From NCBI RefSeq assembly GCF_009914755.1, contig NC_060925.1: a stretch of 64,000 nt of DNA; one strand, given 5' to 3'. The notes below the pieces were generated by a model, which ran no database searches, had not been told where the DNA came from, and saw only the letters and a list, made by a program, of their open reading frames with translations. A program made the translations under genes and the position numbers. The stretch comes from the human T2T-CHM13v2.0 reference genome, Homo sapiens. Positions 16,084 through 29,135 of this stretch are shown here, one piece after another; within the stretch, counting starts at the first letter, position 1; every line of letters starts with the position of its first letter.

Positions 16084-16099
16084 ATGGTCCTGAAGAATC

Positions 16100-16440
16100 A
16101 TACACAGCCCCACCCAGCCACACCCAGCCACCCACAGCCACATGCACCTGCAGGCATGCTTCATCACACTCAGCACCACACAAGCACTAGAACACACATA
16201 ACCACAGGTGATCATGCCTAACACACCATGACATACAATCACACAAAACCATAAGGCACCAGGTGCAATCACATTCAGTCTTCCATCTGCACTCAATCAC
16301 AGCTGGACATTGTTACACACAGGGATTCTGAGTCACATGCAGTCACACACAGACTTGTACCACTCTACACAACCACAATCACATTCAACCACACCCTTCG
16401 GCGCATAACACATATCACAGGCAATCACACACGACCAGTA
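16100..16440. repeat. CA-rich low-complexity tract
   Basis: Repeated cacac/aatcaca/acaca words. Confidence 0.7.
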
Positions 16441-17426
16441 CAGTGGCAGGCAAGCATGGGCCGTCACAGGCCATGGATGGTGCTTTGACTCAGCAGGGGG
16501 TCAGGGCCTGGGGAGACCTTGTTCTCTGAATGGGGGTTGGTGAGGGCCTGGCTGTGACTAGGGGACAGAGGCATCCATCAGCCATTAGACAGTCCACTTC
16601 CTGGTCACCCCTTCAGAGTGGTGGAAGTTATTCCCCCTGCCTCCCACCCAGCAGAGCATTCCTGGGTCCTGATGCAGTCTCCTTGGCCTCCTACCTCCCT
16701 CTCCTCTGGCCTTGGCTGGGCCGCTGGCGGGAAGCTTGGACCAGCCAGGACTACGGTGAGTCAGCAGGGAAGGGCTCAGGGAATGCCAGGCAGGTGAGTG
16801 ACCCACAGTGCCTGCAATTGATGGGGCTTCTGAGAGTGGGAGGGCTGCCATTCATCATCGGGGGCTGCCCACTAGAGATCACCCACCCAGGGGATAGAGG
16901 GTTATGGGCATGGGACCAGGTGACGATGGTAATTTCTCAGCCAACCCTATATCCAAAGCCTCTGCTCTTGGAAAACTCCCTATAGAGCTGTCAGGGTCTA
17001 TGCCCTCCTACAGGCTGAGCTCTGGCCTGGGCCTCTGCTCCCACATGGTCCCCAGCTAGGCTCAGCCTGGAACAGCCCTGCATCCCCAGCACTACATCCT
17101 GCCCTCTACTGTCACTGACTCGCTCATTCATTTAGCACTTTGCGGAGCACCTACCACACCAAGATGCATGACAGTGTCTTCAAGTAGGGAAGATGGCCCA
17201 AAAGATGATTCCAGAACAATGTGGACATATAGCGACAGAGATATACACATGTTATTGTGGAAGCTGCTGGGATTGACTGCTTTGTGAGCTCTGGATGGCC
17301 AGTCCTTGCTATGGGGGCTGGGATGGCTGCTGACAATGGTGACCTTCCACAGGCAACCCAGCCAGAAGTGCTGAGCCCCTCCCAGGAAAGGCACCAGCAG
17401 GCCTGACAGTTAATTATAGAGCCCCC

Positions 17427-19160
17427 TTTTTTTTTTAAAGGAAGTAACTCAATCCACTTTAATATTTAGCTAGCATTTATGTTACAGGTCTATGAGGGAA
17501 GAAATATACTGGAAAAAAGAAGAAATACATTTTTTTCTCATTCTGAAAGATTTCGTTTCTCCACAAGACAGCAAAATACACAAATATATGCAAATGTGTG
17601 CATGCACACGTGCACACAACCCACAAAAGTACTATCTATGAAGGAAAGAGATACCAAGTTCAATTGAAACAGGTATTTAGAAATGATAGGGAGGTTGGAA
17701 GAAAAGGTGAGAACACGTGAAAAGTAATTTTACTTTTGTTTAACCTTAAGCTTGCCAACTTTTTTCCTTGAACAGCATTTGTCTTGTTTTCATACCCACC
17801 TATGCTCATATCAGAAACTTAAAACTACTTCGTGATTCTACTTTGAATTTATAGCCACATGACTAAGATGTTTTGAATATAAGCCTATCCATATGCCAGA
17901 TAAACTTTGAGAACTCTTAATGTCTCTTCTTTTATGAGAATTCTATTCTGATGTAGTTGGGTTGATGAAGAAAATTAAAGGCCAAGGGCCAGAAAGCCGA
18001 CTTCCTTAAAGGCAACCCAAGGAAAAATTTTCCAACTACCTATGTGCAAGAAATATTTCTTTCAAGTACTAAATCAATTTCTTCAACTGTACAATGAATT
18101 CTAATTTGATGGTTTCCAAAAGTAATAGAGTAACAACAAAATGTGATAAAATTAAGACTATATGAAAACAGAATAAATGGAACAATAATTCAAATAAAAA
18201 CTAAAATAAAATGACATTTACTATGGATTTTTGTAATCAGTATCTCATAATATACTTAAATTTTCCTTTTATACGTAAGATCACAGCCAACCAGGTTAAC
18301 TGTAACTTCCAATTTTATCACTAGCCACTTGTGCTATTTTATCACATTTGAAAATATCCACTCTTACTAATTTACTTCAAACTGTGACTTACCAATTTGT
18401 TTAGACAATAATAATTAAGGGCCCTTTCTTTGTCAGGATAATAAAAAATTAAATGATATATTGAAGATACTACTAAAGAAACCACTTTGTTGATTTTGGC
18501 CTCTGCATTGACGATCTGTAGGAATTTTTCTAATTAATTTTCAAATCTTCCCACAAGCTTTATGTTCAAAGAAATATCATCTTTGAAATAATTTGCGGGA
18601 ATAATTTACAAATCAAAAATTGATTCACAAGATTGTGTTGCTGTAACCACTAATTTTAACAACTAAATATTTTCTGTATTGGTTTTCTTGATTGTAAAAT
18701 GTCAATAATATGGAGGTACTTTTAATATACCAGAACACTTAATTACACCAGTTTCCCATCAACCCACCAAAGTCATTTAATGATTATATTGGCCATTTCC
18801 ACTGATTGGCAGGAGGCTCGTCAGCTAAGAGGTCTCATGGTTTCCACTGCATTATTTTTTTCACCAGACTTCATTCATTTTTAGCCTGAAGAATCACCTC
18901 TTCTATTTGGCCACCTTGAAGTCAGTCTTCTTATTTTTTAACATCTGGTTCTGCTTTAACCATTTAACCATTTTAACCAGCTTCTCATTTGTAAACAGTT
19001 CTGTATGCTTTCTGTATGTTGCATTTTTAGGGTTTTGCTCAAGAACATCAAGAATCTTTGCATGCGATATTCTCAGCCTCTCCAGTGGACTCTTGCATAC
19101 ATTCAGTCTCACAAGGCCAGGGTTCTTCTTCAGCACACTGCCATGACAGCACCAATGAGC
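17427..19160 (-). pseudogene. NDUFA5P: Processed pseudogene of NDUFA5 (complex I subunit A5), CDS relic 19144-18784 plus long 3'UTR
   Basis: Translation [52 protein letters not shown]...PPANQWKWPI* matches NDUFA5; intronless; frameshifts just after the ATG and at a tandem ATGGTTAAA duplication (~18955-18980); ATTAAA (17458-17463) then A10 (17427-17436) on minus strand. Confidence 0.93.
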
Positions 19161-19270
19161 CCACCCATTTTCTTTTATCTAACAGAGCCAGAAGATTACT
19201 TTTTCAGATCTGAAGAACGAAATTTTAAATGCCATGTTTGAAGGAAGTCTTTCTAAAATGATGAATTCCT

Positions 19271-19571
19271 GCCGGGCGTGGTGGCTCACGCCTGTAATCC
19301 CAGCACTTTGGGAGGCTGAGGCGGGTGGATCACCAGGTCAGGAGTTCAAGACCAGCCTGGCCAATATGGTGAAACCCTGTCTCTTCTAAAAATACAAAAA
19401 TTAGCCATGTGTGGTGGTGGGTGCCTGTAGTCCCAGCTACTCAGGAGGCTGAGGCAGGAGAATCACTTGAAGCCAGGAGGCAGAGGTTGCAGTGAGCTGC
19501 ACTCCAGCCTGGGCAACAGAGTGAGACTCTGTCTCAAAAAAAAAAAAACAAAAAACAAAAAACAAAAAAAA
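19271..19571 (+). mobile_element. Alu (AluS-like)
   Basis: Alu consensus, A tail, TSD ~AAAATGAT(G/A)AATTCCT. Confidence 0.95.
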
Positions 19572-19660
19572 TGATAAATTCCTGCCTCTTGCAGCACAGC
19601 AGATTCCCCACAGCATTCTTCTTGTCTAAGAGCCATTAGTCCCAACTTCCATTATGACTA

Positions 19661-20051
<391 letters not shown>

Positions 20052-20443
20052 TTAGGCTGGAAGATTGGAATGCAGACAGTAAAGAACAGAATGCTCCCTG
20101 GTATCGGGTCCATGGGGTGCGACAGCCGCTACTAGGGTCTTTCTCTCTTGTTCTCTGGACTCTTCCTAAGAGAAGAGCGACTCTTCCTGCCTCCCTTCTT
20201 CTTTGCTGCAGAGGCTCAGCCTGTTTCCCCTCTTCTAGGCCCTGCATTCATTCTTCTAACATCGTCTGAGGAGTATGTCCCACTCTCACTGGGTCCTCCT
20301 TTCCTGGCTGTCCCTGGACTTGAAGAGAAGCACCAGCCTTCCTTCTAGTTCCTTCTCATCGCTCCCTGGAAACAAGATGTTAACAAAAATCAGAACCACA
20401 GGAAAGTTGCAGAGGCTCTGGAATCTTAAAAGTCCCTACATCC

Positions 20444-20720
20444 GGCTCGGCGCCGTGGCTCACACCTGTAATCCTAGCACTTTGGGAGGCCGAGGCGGTG
20501 GATCATCTGACGTCAGGGATTTGAGACCAGCCTGGCCAACATGGTGAAACCCCATCTCTACTAAAAATACAAAAATTACCCAGACGTGGTGGCGGGCGCC
20601 TGTAATCCCAGCTACTCAGGAGGCTGAGGCAGGAGAATCACTTGAACCCGGGGGAGCGGAGGTTGCAGTGGACTCCAGCCTGTTTGAAAGAGTGAGACTT
20701 TGTCTCAGAAAAAAAAAAAA
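20444..20720 (+). mobile_element. Alu (AluS-like)
   Basis: Alu consensus; TSD AAAAGTCCCTACATC. Confidence 0.95.
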
Positions 20721-20789
20721 GTCCCTACATCGTAAGCGGCTGTTTAAAAAAAAAAAAAAAAAACAACAAAAAACAGCTAAGGCATCCCT

Positions 20790-21900
20790 GCCTCACATCT
20801 ATAATATAATAAAATAAATTCCAGAGAGATAAAATGTTTCAATATAAAAAGAAACCACAGAAGACATGAAAGAAAACAGGAGTGACTATTTTTTTTTATT
20901 TTAGAGTGGGGAAGACCTTTCTAAGAAGAAACTCAGAAAAGCCTAATACATTTAACTACATGAAATTTGTAACATTCTGGACAACAAAAGCTCTATATAC
21001 AAAGTCAAAGCACAAAGAACAAGCTGGGGAAAATACTTGCAACAGATAAAACAAAGGGTTTGTATCTCCAAGCTACAAAGAGCTTTTCCACATCAACAAG
21101 AAAAAGATAAACAACCCAACAGAAAAATGAAAAAAAAGCCAGGAGCAAGTAATCCATAGAAAAAGTATTATAATTAGCTATTATATGTATGAAAAGATGT
21201 TCAACCTCCCCCATAGTTTAAAAAAAATCAAATTAAATCTATCAGGATGGCAAACATTAAAAAGATGAAATATATATATACATATATATTTTTTTCTTCT
21301 TCCTCTTTTTCTTCTTCTTCTTCTTCTTCTGCTTCTTCTTCTTCTTCTTCCTCTTCCTCTTCCTCTTCTCCTTCTCCTTCTCCTTCTCCTTCTTCTTCTT
21401 CTTCTTTTTCTTTTTGAGACAGAGTCTCCTTCTGTCACCCAGGCTGGAGTGCAGTGGCACAATCTCGGCTCACTGCAACCTCTGCCTCCCAGGTTCAAGT
21501 GGTTCTCCTGGCTCAGCCTCCTGAGTAGCTGAGATTACAGGCATGTGCCACCACACCTGGCTAATTTTTTGTATTTTTTGTAGAGACAGGGTTTCATCAT
21601 ATTGGCCAGGCTGGTCAAGAACTCCTGACCTTGAGTGATCTGCCCACCTCAGCTTCCCAAAAACTGTTGGGATTACAGGCGTGAGCCACTGTGTTCAGCT
21701 AAAAGATGAATAATATTTAGTATTGACAAGATGTGGGTTAATGGGCATTTTCACAGGCTGTATAGTTGGAAGGAAAAATTGGTAGAAACATTTTTGGAGG
21801 GCAATTTTGTAATATCTATTAAAGTTTGAAATATGCAAGCCCTTTGACTCAGTAATTCCATTGCTAGGAATTTATTATAGAATAAGGATAAACACCACAC
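20790..21900 (+). mobile_element. Old L1M ORF2 3' fragment split by an Alu
   Basis: aaaataaattccaga...ctggggaaaatacttgcaaca...atgaaaagatgttcaacctc...ctttgactcagtaattccattgctaggaatttatt. Confidence 0.65.
21290..21700 (-). mobile_element. Alu with ~125-bp (CTT/CTC)n tail
   Basis: Alu body 21415-21700; tail 21290-21414 of TTC/TTCCTC/TTCTCC units. Confidence 0.95.
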
Positions 21901-22074
21901 ATCAGGGAGTTCATGGTGCATTTTAGGGGAGTCAGTGTGAATTTGTTCCTCCACAGGGTAGTGTTTTGTCTTAATCCCCTTGGGATTCTACAGGCATCTG
22001 GGGTGTGGAGTTTATACAGTCCAGTAAACTCACTTACTTCTCTCTAAGCCCATACACCCTTAAAAGCTCTCATA

Positions 22075-22880
<806 letters not shown>

Positions 22881-23865
22881 CTCTCCACAAAGACAGAGTC
22901 CCTCCTCCTTGCAGACCATCTGGTTCTTTGTCTAGTAAGGCTCTGCCTCAGAGAACAACATTTTGTTAATTCTTCTTGGGAGCAAGGGAAGCCCTCACTT
23001 CCTTCATCCTAGGCTTGACTGCTTTGAGGTACTGTTGAGGTGGTATATGGAGGTGAGAGAAAAATGCCTCCTTGTCTGTGTGAGCCTCCTGTAACAATGT
23101 AAACTAGTCAGATATTAGTCTCTCCCTAAATTATCTCACTACATTGGTTTCAGCTACAAAACTAGGAACAATTCAAATGCCCATCAGCAGGGTAACTTAA
23201 TCGTGGTTCAATCACATGGCCGAGAGTGGGGGGATCCTCCGCAGCCTTTAAAAAGATGGAAGAAATGCTCTATGTACTGCCATGAAAGGCACCCAGAATA
23301 AACCATTTATTGAAAAAACCCGGTTGAAAAACAGAATGTATAGTATATAATGCCATTTGTGGTTTTTCAAACTGTAAGTCTGTGGTTCTATCTGAATAGA
23401 AAAAGGTCTAGAAGGAAGGTTGCTTGCACAACAAATTTTATAATGATCCCTGGGGGCTAGAATTCCGCAGGCTTTGCATTTTCTATTTTTTCTACTCCTT
23501 TATTGAATTTGTATAGTGTAATAAAAAGATTTTTTTAAAGAAAATTTTTACAGTGCTGGCCTCTGGTCTGTAGCTCCCTATTTCCCTCTGTGGCAGTAAC
23601 TGGAGGCCTCAAGGGAGCTGCCACATCCTGAGTGTGTAGCTAAACACCCCTGCTGCTCCAGGAAACTCCAGCCTTGCTTGGCCTGTTTGTGGGTCTGTAA
23701 GAGACAACTCCAGGGTGGGTAGGGCCTCAGGGGCAGGGCCGTGTACCCAGTCATCCTGAGCCTGGTGTACCACCTGGTGCCAGGTGGTGAAGAGTGACTG
23801 GGCCAGGATGCCAGGGGGTGGAGTGGTGAGTTGCTGGTCTGCTTTGTTAGAGGAAGATGTCGGCA

Positions 23866-24348
23866 TGGGTAGTAGGCTGAATCATAATCCCCAAAGACTT
23901 TGGATCCTAATCCCTTCGTATCAGTGAATGTTACTTTATATGGAAAAAAAGGTCATAGCAGATGTGATTAAGGATCTTGAGATGGGCAGATAGTTTTGGA
24001 CTATCCTAGTAGGGCCTAAATGCAATCACAGATACCCTTAAGAGAGAGGCAGAGGGAGATTTGTCAAAACAGAAGAGGAGAAGGCCATGTGACTACAGAG
24101 GCAGAGACTGGAGTGATGTGGCCACAAGCCAGGGAATGCTGGCAGCCACCAGAAGCTGGAAGAGGCCAGGCACAGATTCTCCCACGACACCTCCAGAGGG
24201 CGTGCAGCCTGACTGAAACTGGATTTTGGCCCAGTGATACTGATTTTGAACTTCTCTGCCCTCTGGAACTATGAGAGAATCCATTTCTGTTGTTTTAAGC
24301 CACCAAATTCATGACGATCTGTGACAGCAGCCACAGGAACCTGACATA
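23866..24348 (+). mobile_element. MaLR LTR (MLT1C/D-like)
   Basis: taggctgaatcataatccccaaag...gcagatgtgattaaggatcttgagatggg...ccagaagctggaagaggc...ttttaagccaccaaatt...acagcagccacaggaac. Confidence 0.85.
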
Positions 24349-25009
24349 GCTGTCAAAAGTGAGGCTGGCCTGCAGCTGTTCAGAGTGCTCTTTCCTGAGG
24401 GCCTGCCTTCTTCACTCCAAGCTGCCCAGGCTGAAAAGAAAATGAGGCTGCTTCCTCTAGACATCCTTGAGAGGGGCTTATCTAATGAGTTCTGGCACTT
24501 GTGAGGAGGGGTGTGTGGATGTGGAGCCTACTCTTGCTCTCCACTAGCCTGGCTGGTGGTGAGGGGTTGCCCAGCAACCACAGAGGCTGGCAGGGCTCCC
24601 CACTGTGCCCTGGTTTCTCCTCAGAGCAGTTCTTGCCCTGAGTATTGTTAGAGTGCAGAGGCTATTAAAAAAAATGAAAACACCAACCCTCAAAATAACT
24701 TCCCAGGTTCTAAAAATGGAATTCTGCCCAGTAGTAATATTTCTCATTCTTGCAATAGTAAAATTTCTCACTTCCTCGTGCTCTGTAGGCTTGTGTCTGG
24801 CCCAAGAGGGAACTGCTATTAATGGCAATTTCTGCCTGATGTAATCCCCTTGGTGAGCCACCTGCCTGTGGATGGTGACACTCCTTTACCCAACAGGCCT
24901 TGCACCCTCCTCCACAGAACCTCCCGCAGCGTGTTAGGTTTTTGTCTGCTTTGATTGATATCCATAGTCTCTCTTGGTTCAGAAAATAATAACAACAATG
25001 ATAATCAAC

Positions 25010-25250
25010 CAATTACTTATATAGCTCTTATAATTGTCAGGCATTGTCCCAAGCACGGAATGTTTATTAACCCATACACTGCTCATGACTGTCCTGTGGG
25101 GTAGCTATTAGTATTATCCTCCTTGTACAGATGAGAAAACAAAGTCATGGGGAGGTTAAGAACATGTACAAGGGCACATAGCTACCAAGTGGCTGAGCTG
25201 GGGTTTGAACCCAGCCTGAAGGGCTCTGGGATCAGAGCTCTTACCTCCTG
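25010..25250 (-). mobile_element. MIR
   Basis: tattatcctccttgtacagatgagaaaac...gaggttaag...gggtttgaacccag. Confidence 0.7.
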
Positions 25251-28200
25251 CATTGTATTGGCTGGCTGGAGGAAGGATGGGGAAGCCTTTCTCTGTGCAA
25301 AGCGAGCTGTCCTGGGCAGCTGATTTGGGCTTGCCCCCGGCGGGCCCTTGAGGTCTTTTGAGATCAGGGCTGTGATTGCCTGGAGAGGTCTCCCAGCAGC
25401 ACGCACTCTACCTTAGTGCCTTCCATATTCTCTTCCTGCTGGGGTCATTGCAAAGCCTGTGACTATGAGCAGGGTGAGGAATTATCCTTCAGATTTTGGG
25501 CACAGACCTCAGATGGGTGTCCCGGAGGAACCAATGTAAAGTCCTCAGGCCTGGGTGTGGGGTGAAGCTGGTTCCATTCTGCTCACATTTACTGGGCAGT
25601 GTGTGGATAAATAGCCCACAAGAGCGGAGGATGGTCCTGGGTGCTGAGACTAGAAGGGGAGCAGCCTCCTTTCCTCTCCTCATGGGAAGGACCTGTGGGA
25701 GAGGGGCAGGAGGAGGACGAGTGGCCTCCCCCAGGGCCCTGGGGTGAAATGAACAGGTGCCCATTCTCTCTGTCCTGCCCAGGGATGGCCTGATGTCTTA
25801 CATGAACAGAGCCTAGAAGTTGGAGTGAAGAGACCTGGCTTCTAGTCCTCGTTCTCCCAAGTTTGAGGTGAGGTATCACTCTCTCTGTGTCCCAGACTTC
25901 CCCTCTGTAAACCAAGGGATTGGATGCGCTTTGATACAAAAAATCCCTCTCTAAAACCCATAACTGATCTGCAAATCCAAGTTGGTTTGCTGTGTTTTCT
26001 CTGTGAGACAGCAAGCCACAAGCAGCCAGATCCAATGCTCACTTTCAGCAACTCCTGTCATTTTGTCACTGTGCTTGCCTCTCTTCCCTCACTAGCGAAA
26101 TAGGGATTAAAACACTCATCTCAGAGTTGTGAGCCTTGAAGGAACATCGCATGGAAAGGCCCTTCTTGGAAAGGCAGAGCCCTGCCCTATGGGACCCATC
26201 AGAGAGGGGCCCCTGCTCACCTGGACTCAGATGGGGCTGGGGGTGTGGATACTGGGATCTTCTGGAGGTAAAAGGAAACCAGGTGAAGAGATTGCAGACT
26301 GGCAGCTCTGACCTGGACAGGCAGACACATTTTTTGGTCCAGCAAAAATAGCACACTAGAAAAAAAATTCTAAGTGTCTTCCTGGGGAGAGGATAAGTTC
26401 CACTCTCTAGTTCACCCACAGAACCCACGCCTCCCTGTTATCTTACACAGGGCTGGGTATGGCAGGCCCATGAGCTCATTGAGTCCTGCCTTCAGAAAAC
26501 CTGGACCAGGGGGTTTGGATGTTCCAGGGGGCAGGACTGATGCTCCTCCCATCCTCAGCCCCACCCAGGTCTTGGCAGAGCCCAAGTGGGTGTGTTGTGG
26601 GGGAGTCCTGAACTGGTCTGGGCCTCATCGCTCTGCTCTCACCCCCAACCCCAGAGATGAGAGCTCCAAGTTCAGCCAGCTGGGTCTGCTGCCTCCTTGC
26701 CTCTGATCTGGGGTCCCAGAACTCCTCTTTTCCCAGAGGGGGTCAGGGCAGAGGGAGGCAGTGTCCCTGCTGGGCCTGTAGAGGAAGCTGAGGGCTGCGT
26801 ATACCCTGGCCAGCAGCCCAGGAAGCCTGAGCATGTAATGAAAAGATTGCATCTCCTCGACTCTGCTGTTGGGGACAAGCATTTCCAGTGTTGTCCTTGC
26901 CCTGTGACCTCTGTCTGGGCACTGCCTCCCCTGCTTCCTGGCTCTGTTCTGTCCCTTTAGGCAGGCTCAGCAGCCCCATCTCAGCTGGTTCTGGGCACAG
27001 AGAAGACAGAGACCCCTTTCTCCTCTTCAGGTCTCCAGACGGCCACCCCAAAGGGTGACAGACGTGCCTCCCATTCACATGCCTCTTTGCTGTTGGCAAA
27101 GCAAAGTCACATCCATCCTGGAAGGGACACCCCAGCTCTACAGAGGCCACCCAGCTGTGAGGGGATGAGCTGCACCTCCGACGTAAATCTACTGAGTGTT
27201 CAACCTTGCGCTGGCCCCCTAGTCCATCCTGACTCCCTGTGCTGTGAGGCCCATTTGTGGGAGGCAGAGTAGGGTGTGGACGAGGTGCATAGGATAGCTG
27301 AAGAGCTGCTCCCTGAGCCCCAGACAATGGCTCTGATGAATCCAAATAGTCATGGAACACTGTAGCCTTTGCAAGTAAGACCATGAGATATCAAGACACC
27401 CCACAGTCACCAGCCTCACTAGTAGAAGGAAGTAAAGCAGGCAAGCACTCTCAGCAGAGAAAGGGACCAACTTCTGGGGATACAAAGGAGAGGGAGGATA
27501 GGGCCAGGCATGAGGGAAAAAGTCAAGGGTAAGAGCCTGGGCAGCTGGGCAGTGGGGAGAGCTTCCAAAGGGACAAGCCAGTGGCCAGGCCACATGGCCC
27601 TGTCTCCCATCTTCCCTGTGGCTCTGTGGCTGATCAGGAGCTGGGAACAGGCACATGCTTTCTGGGCCTGGTGGCCTGGGCAGAGAGGCTAAGTGTGACT
27701 GTGGGGACCTCTTCTGCCCACGAATCCACTGATTCCTGCCACAAACCCAGGAGGCGGGTGGGCCCATCTTGTTGTACAGCCTGGATGGCTGCAGCCTGGA
27801 GATGAAAAGGGACCTGCCCAGAGTCTCCCAGGCTGGGGCCGTTTTCCCCAGTCCTGGTAGCAGCAGCAGCGGCTGCCGTTTGTTGAGCACTTCTGTCTGC
27901 CAGGCTCTGTGCTGAGCACTTTATAGGCACCACCGTTAGCCCACTTCTCCTACAAGGAGACCAGGACTCAGAAAGAAGGTCTTACCCAGAGTCAGTGTCA
28001 GGAGTTGAGTCAGGGTAGTTTGACTTCATAGTCTCCGTTCTTAGCACAACTTCCCCACTCATTCCCTCCTACCTTCTCCTTTACCCCCACTAGACATTTT
28101 GGGTGGTCTTTTCTACTTCTTGGCCCTAGAGGTCATTGGGCTGCTTTTCTCACCCTCAATCCCCAGGGCTCCTCCCGGAGCCGCAATGCTTGGGGAACTA

Positions 28201-28807
28201 GGGATTTCCCTCTTTGCCTTCTGCCTGGGCCTCCTTCTTGCCCTTGAAAGAGGAACAGGGGGAGGAGTAGGTGAGGCTTTGGGGTAAGTCTTGGGGGTAG
28301 GCACAGGAGAGGTCTTCACCCCAGGCTGGAATCTCCAGGTAGCTTAGTGTCCTCAGCTTGGTGTCCCCAGCCAAGGCAGGGATGGGTGGGGAGAGTGGCA
28401 TTGGTCAGGGGTACAGCTAATGAGAGTGGTCAGACACGTCCTGATTTTTTTTTTGGAGGATTTGAATCCTCAGGACATTTAGGTCCTGCAGCCACTCAAC
28501 ATTTAAGGCTTATCCCTGCCAACTCATACTAGGGCCACCAATAGTAGGCTGGTGCTCTGTGGGCATTCTGTGGCCTGTAACTGTGCTGGGCTGCAGGGCT
28601 CCTGCCAAGCTAAGGGTGGTCCCTGCCCTTTGAGGGGGTGGTAGGAAACATCTTACTTTGCTGGAAGGTCAGGGAAAACCTAGAGAGCAGATCCTCTAAG
28701 GATGTAGGAGCCAGACCAGGAATGAAGGGCAAGGTATCCCCAGCTGTGGGAATGGTACGGGCAAAGGCGGGGTGTCAGAGCAGACCCTTAGTGGGAAATT
28801 GTTTGAT

Positions 28808-29135
28808 AGGAGGTCCCCCATGGCTCTGGGTTCCACACCTGTGGATTCAACCAACTGCATATACCCTGGATAAATTGTGTCTGTACTGAACATGTAGGGA
28901 CTTGTTTTTTGTCATTATTCCCTAAACAATAGAGTATAACAACAATTTATATAGCATTTATATTGTATTAGATATTATAAGTAATCTAGAGATATTTTAA
29001 AGTTTATGGGAGGATGTTTATAAGTTATATGCAAATACCACACCATTTTATATCAGGAACCTGAGCATCCGTGGGTTTTGGTATCTGCAGCAGGGTTCGG
29101 AACCAATATCCAAGAGATTCCGAGGGATGACTGTA
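28808..29135 (-). mobile_element. MER2 (Tigger-family non-autonomous DNA transposon)
   Basis: ctgtactgaacatgta...tccctaaacaata...taagtaatctagaga...tatgcaaatac...gagggatgactgta matches MER2 reverse strand. Confidence 0.85.

Noticed and set aside
18903-19136. Functional NDUFA5 gene
   Set aside because: Intronless, frameshifted twice and poly(A)-tailed, so a processed pseudogene
17418-19172. Target-site duplication for the NDUFA5 retrocopy
   Set aside because: Only a weak GAGCCC...TTTT similarity on the two sides; too short and degenerate to assert
21181-21498. Poly-Arg / poly-Lys ORFs resembling protamine-like proteins
   Set aside because: Translations of an Alu tail microsatellite
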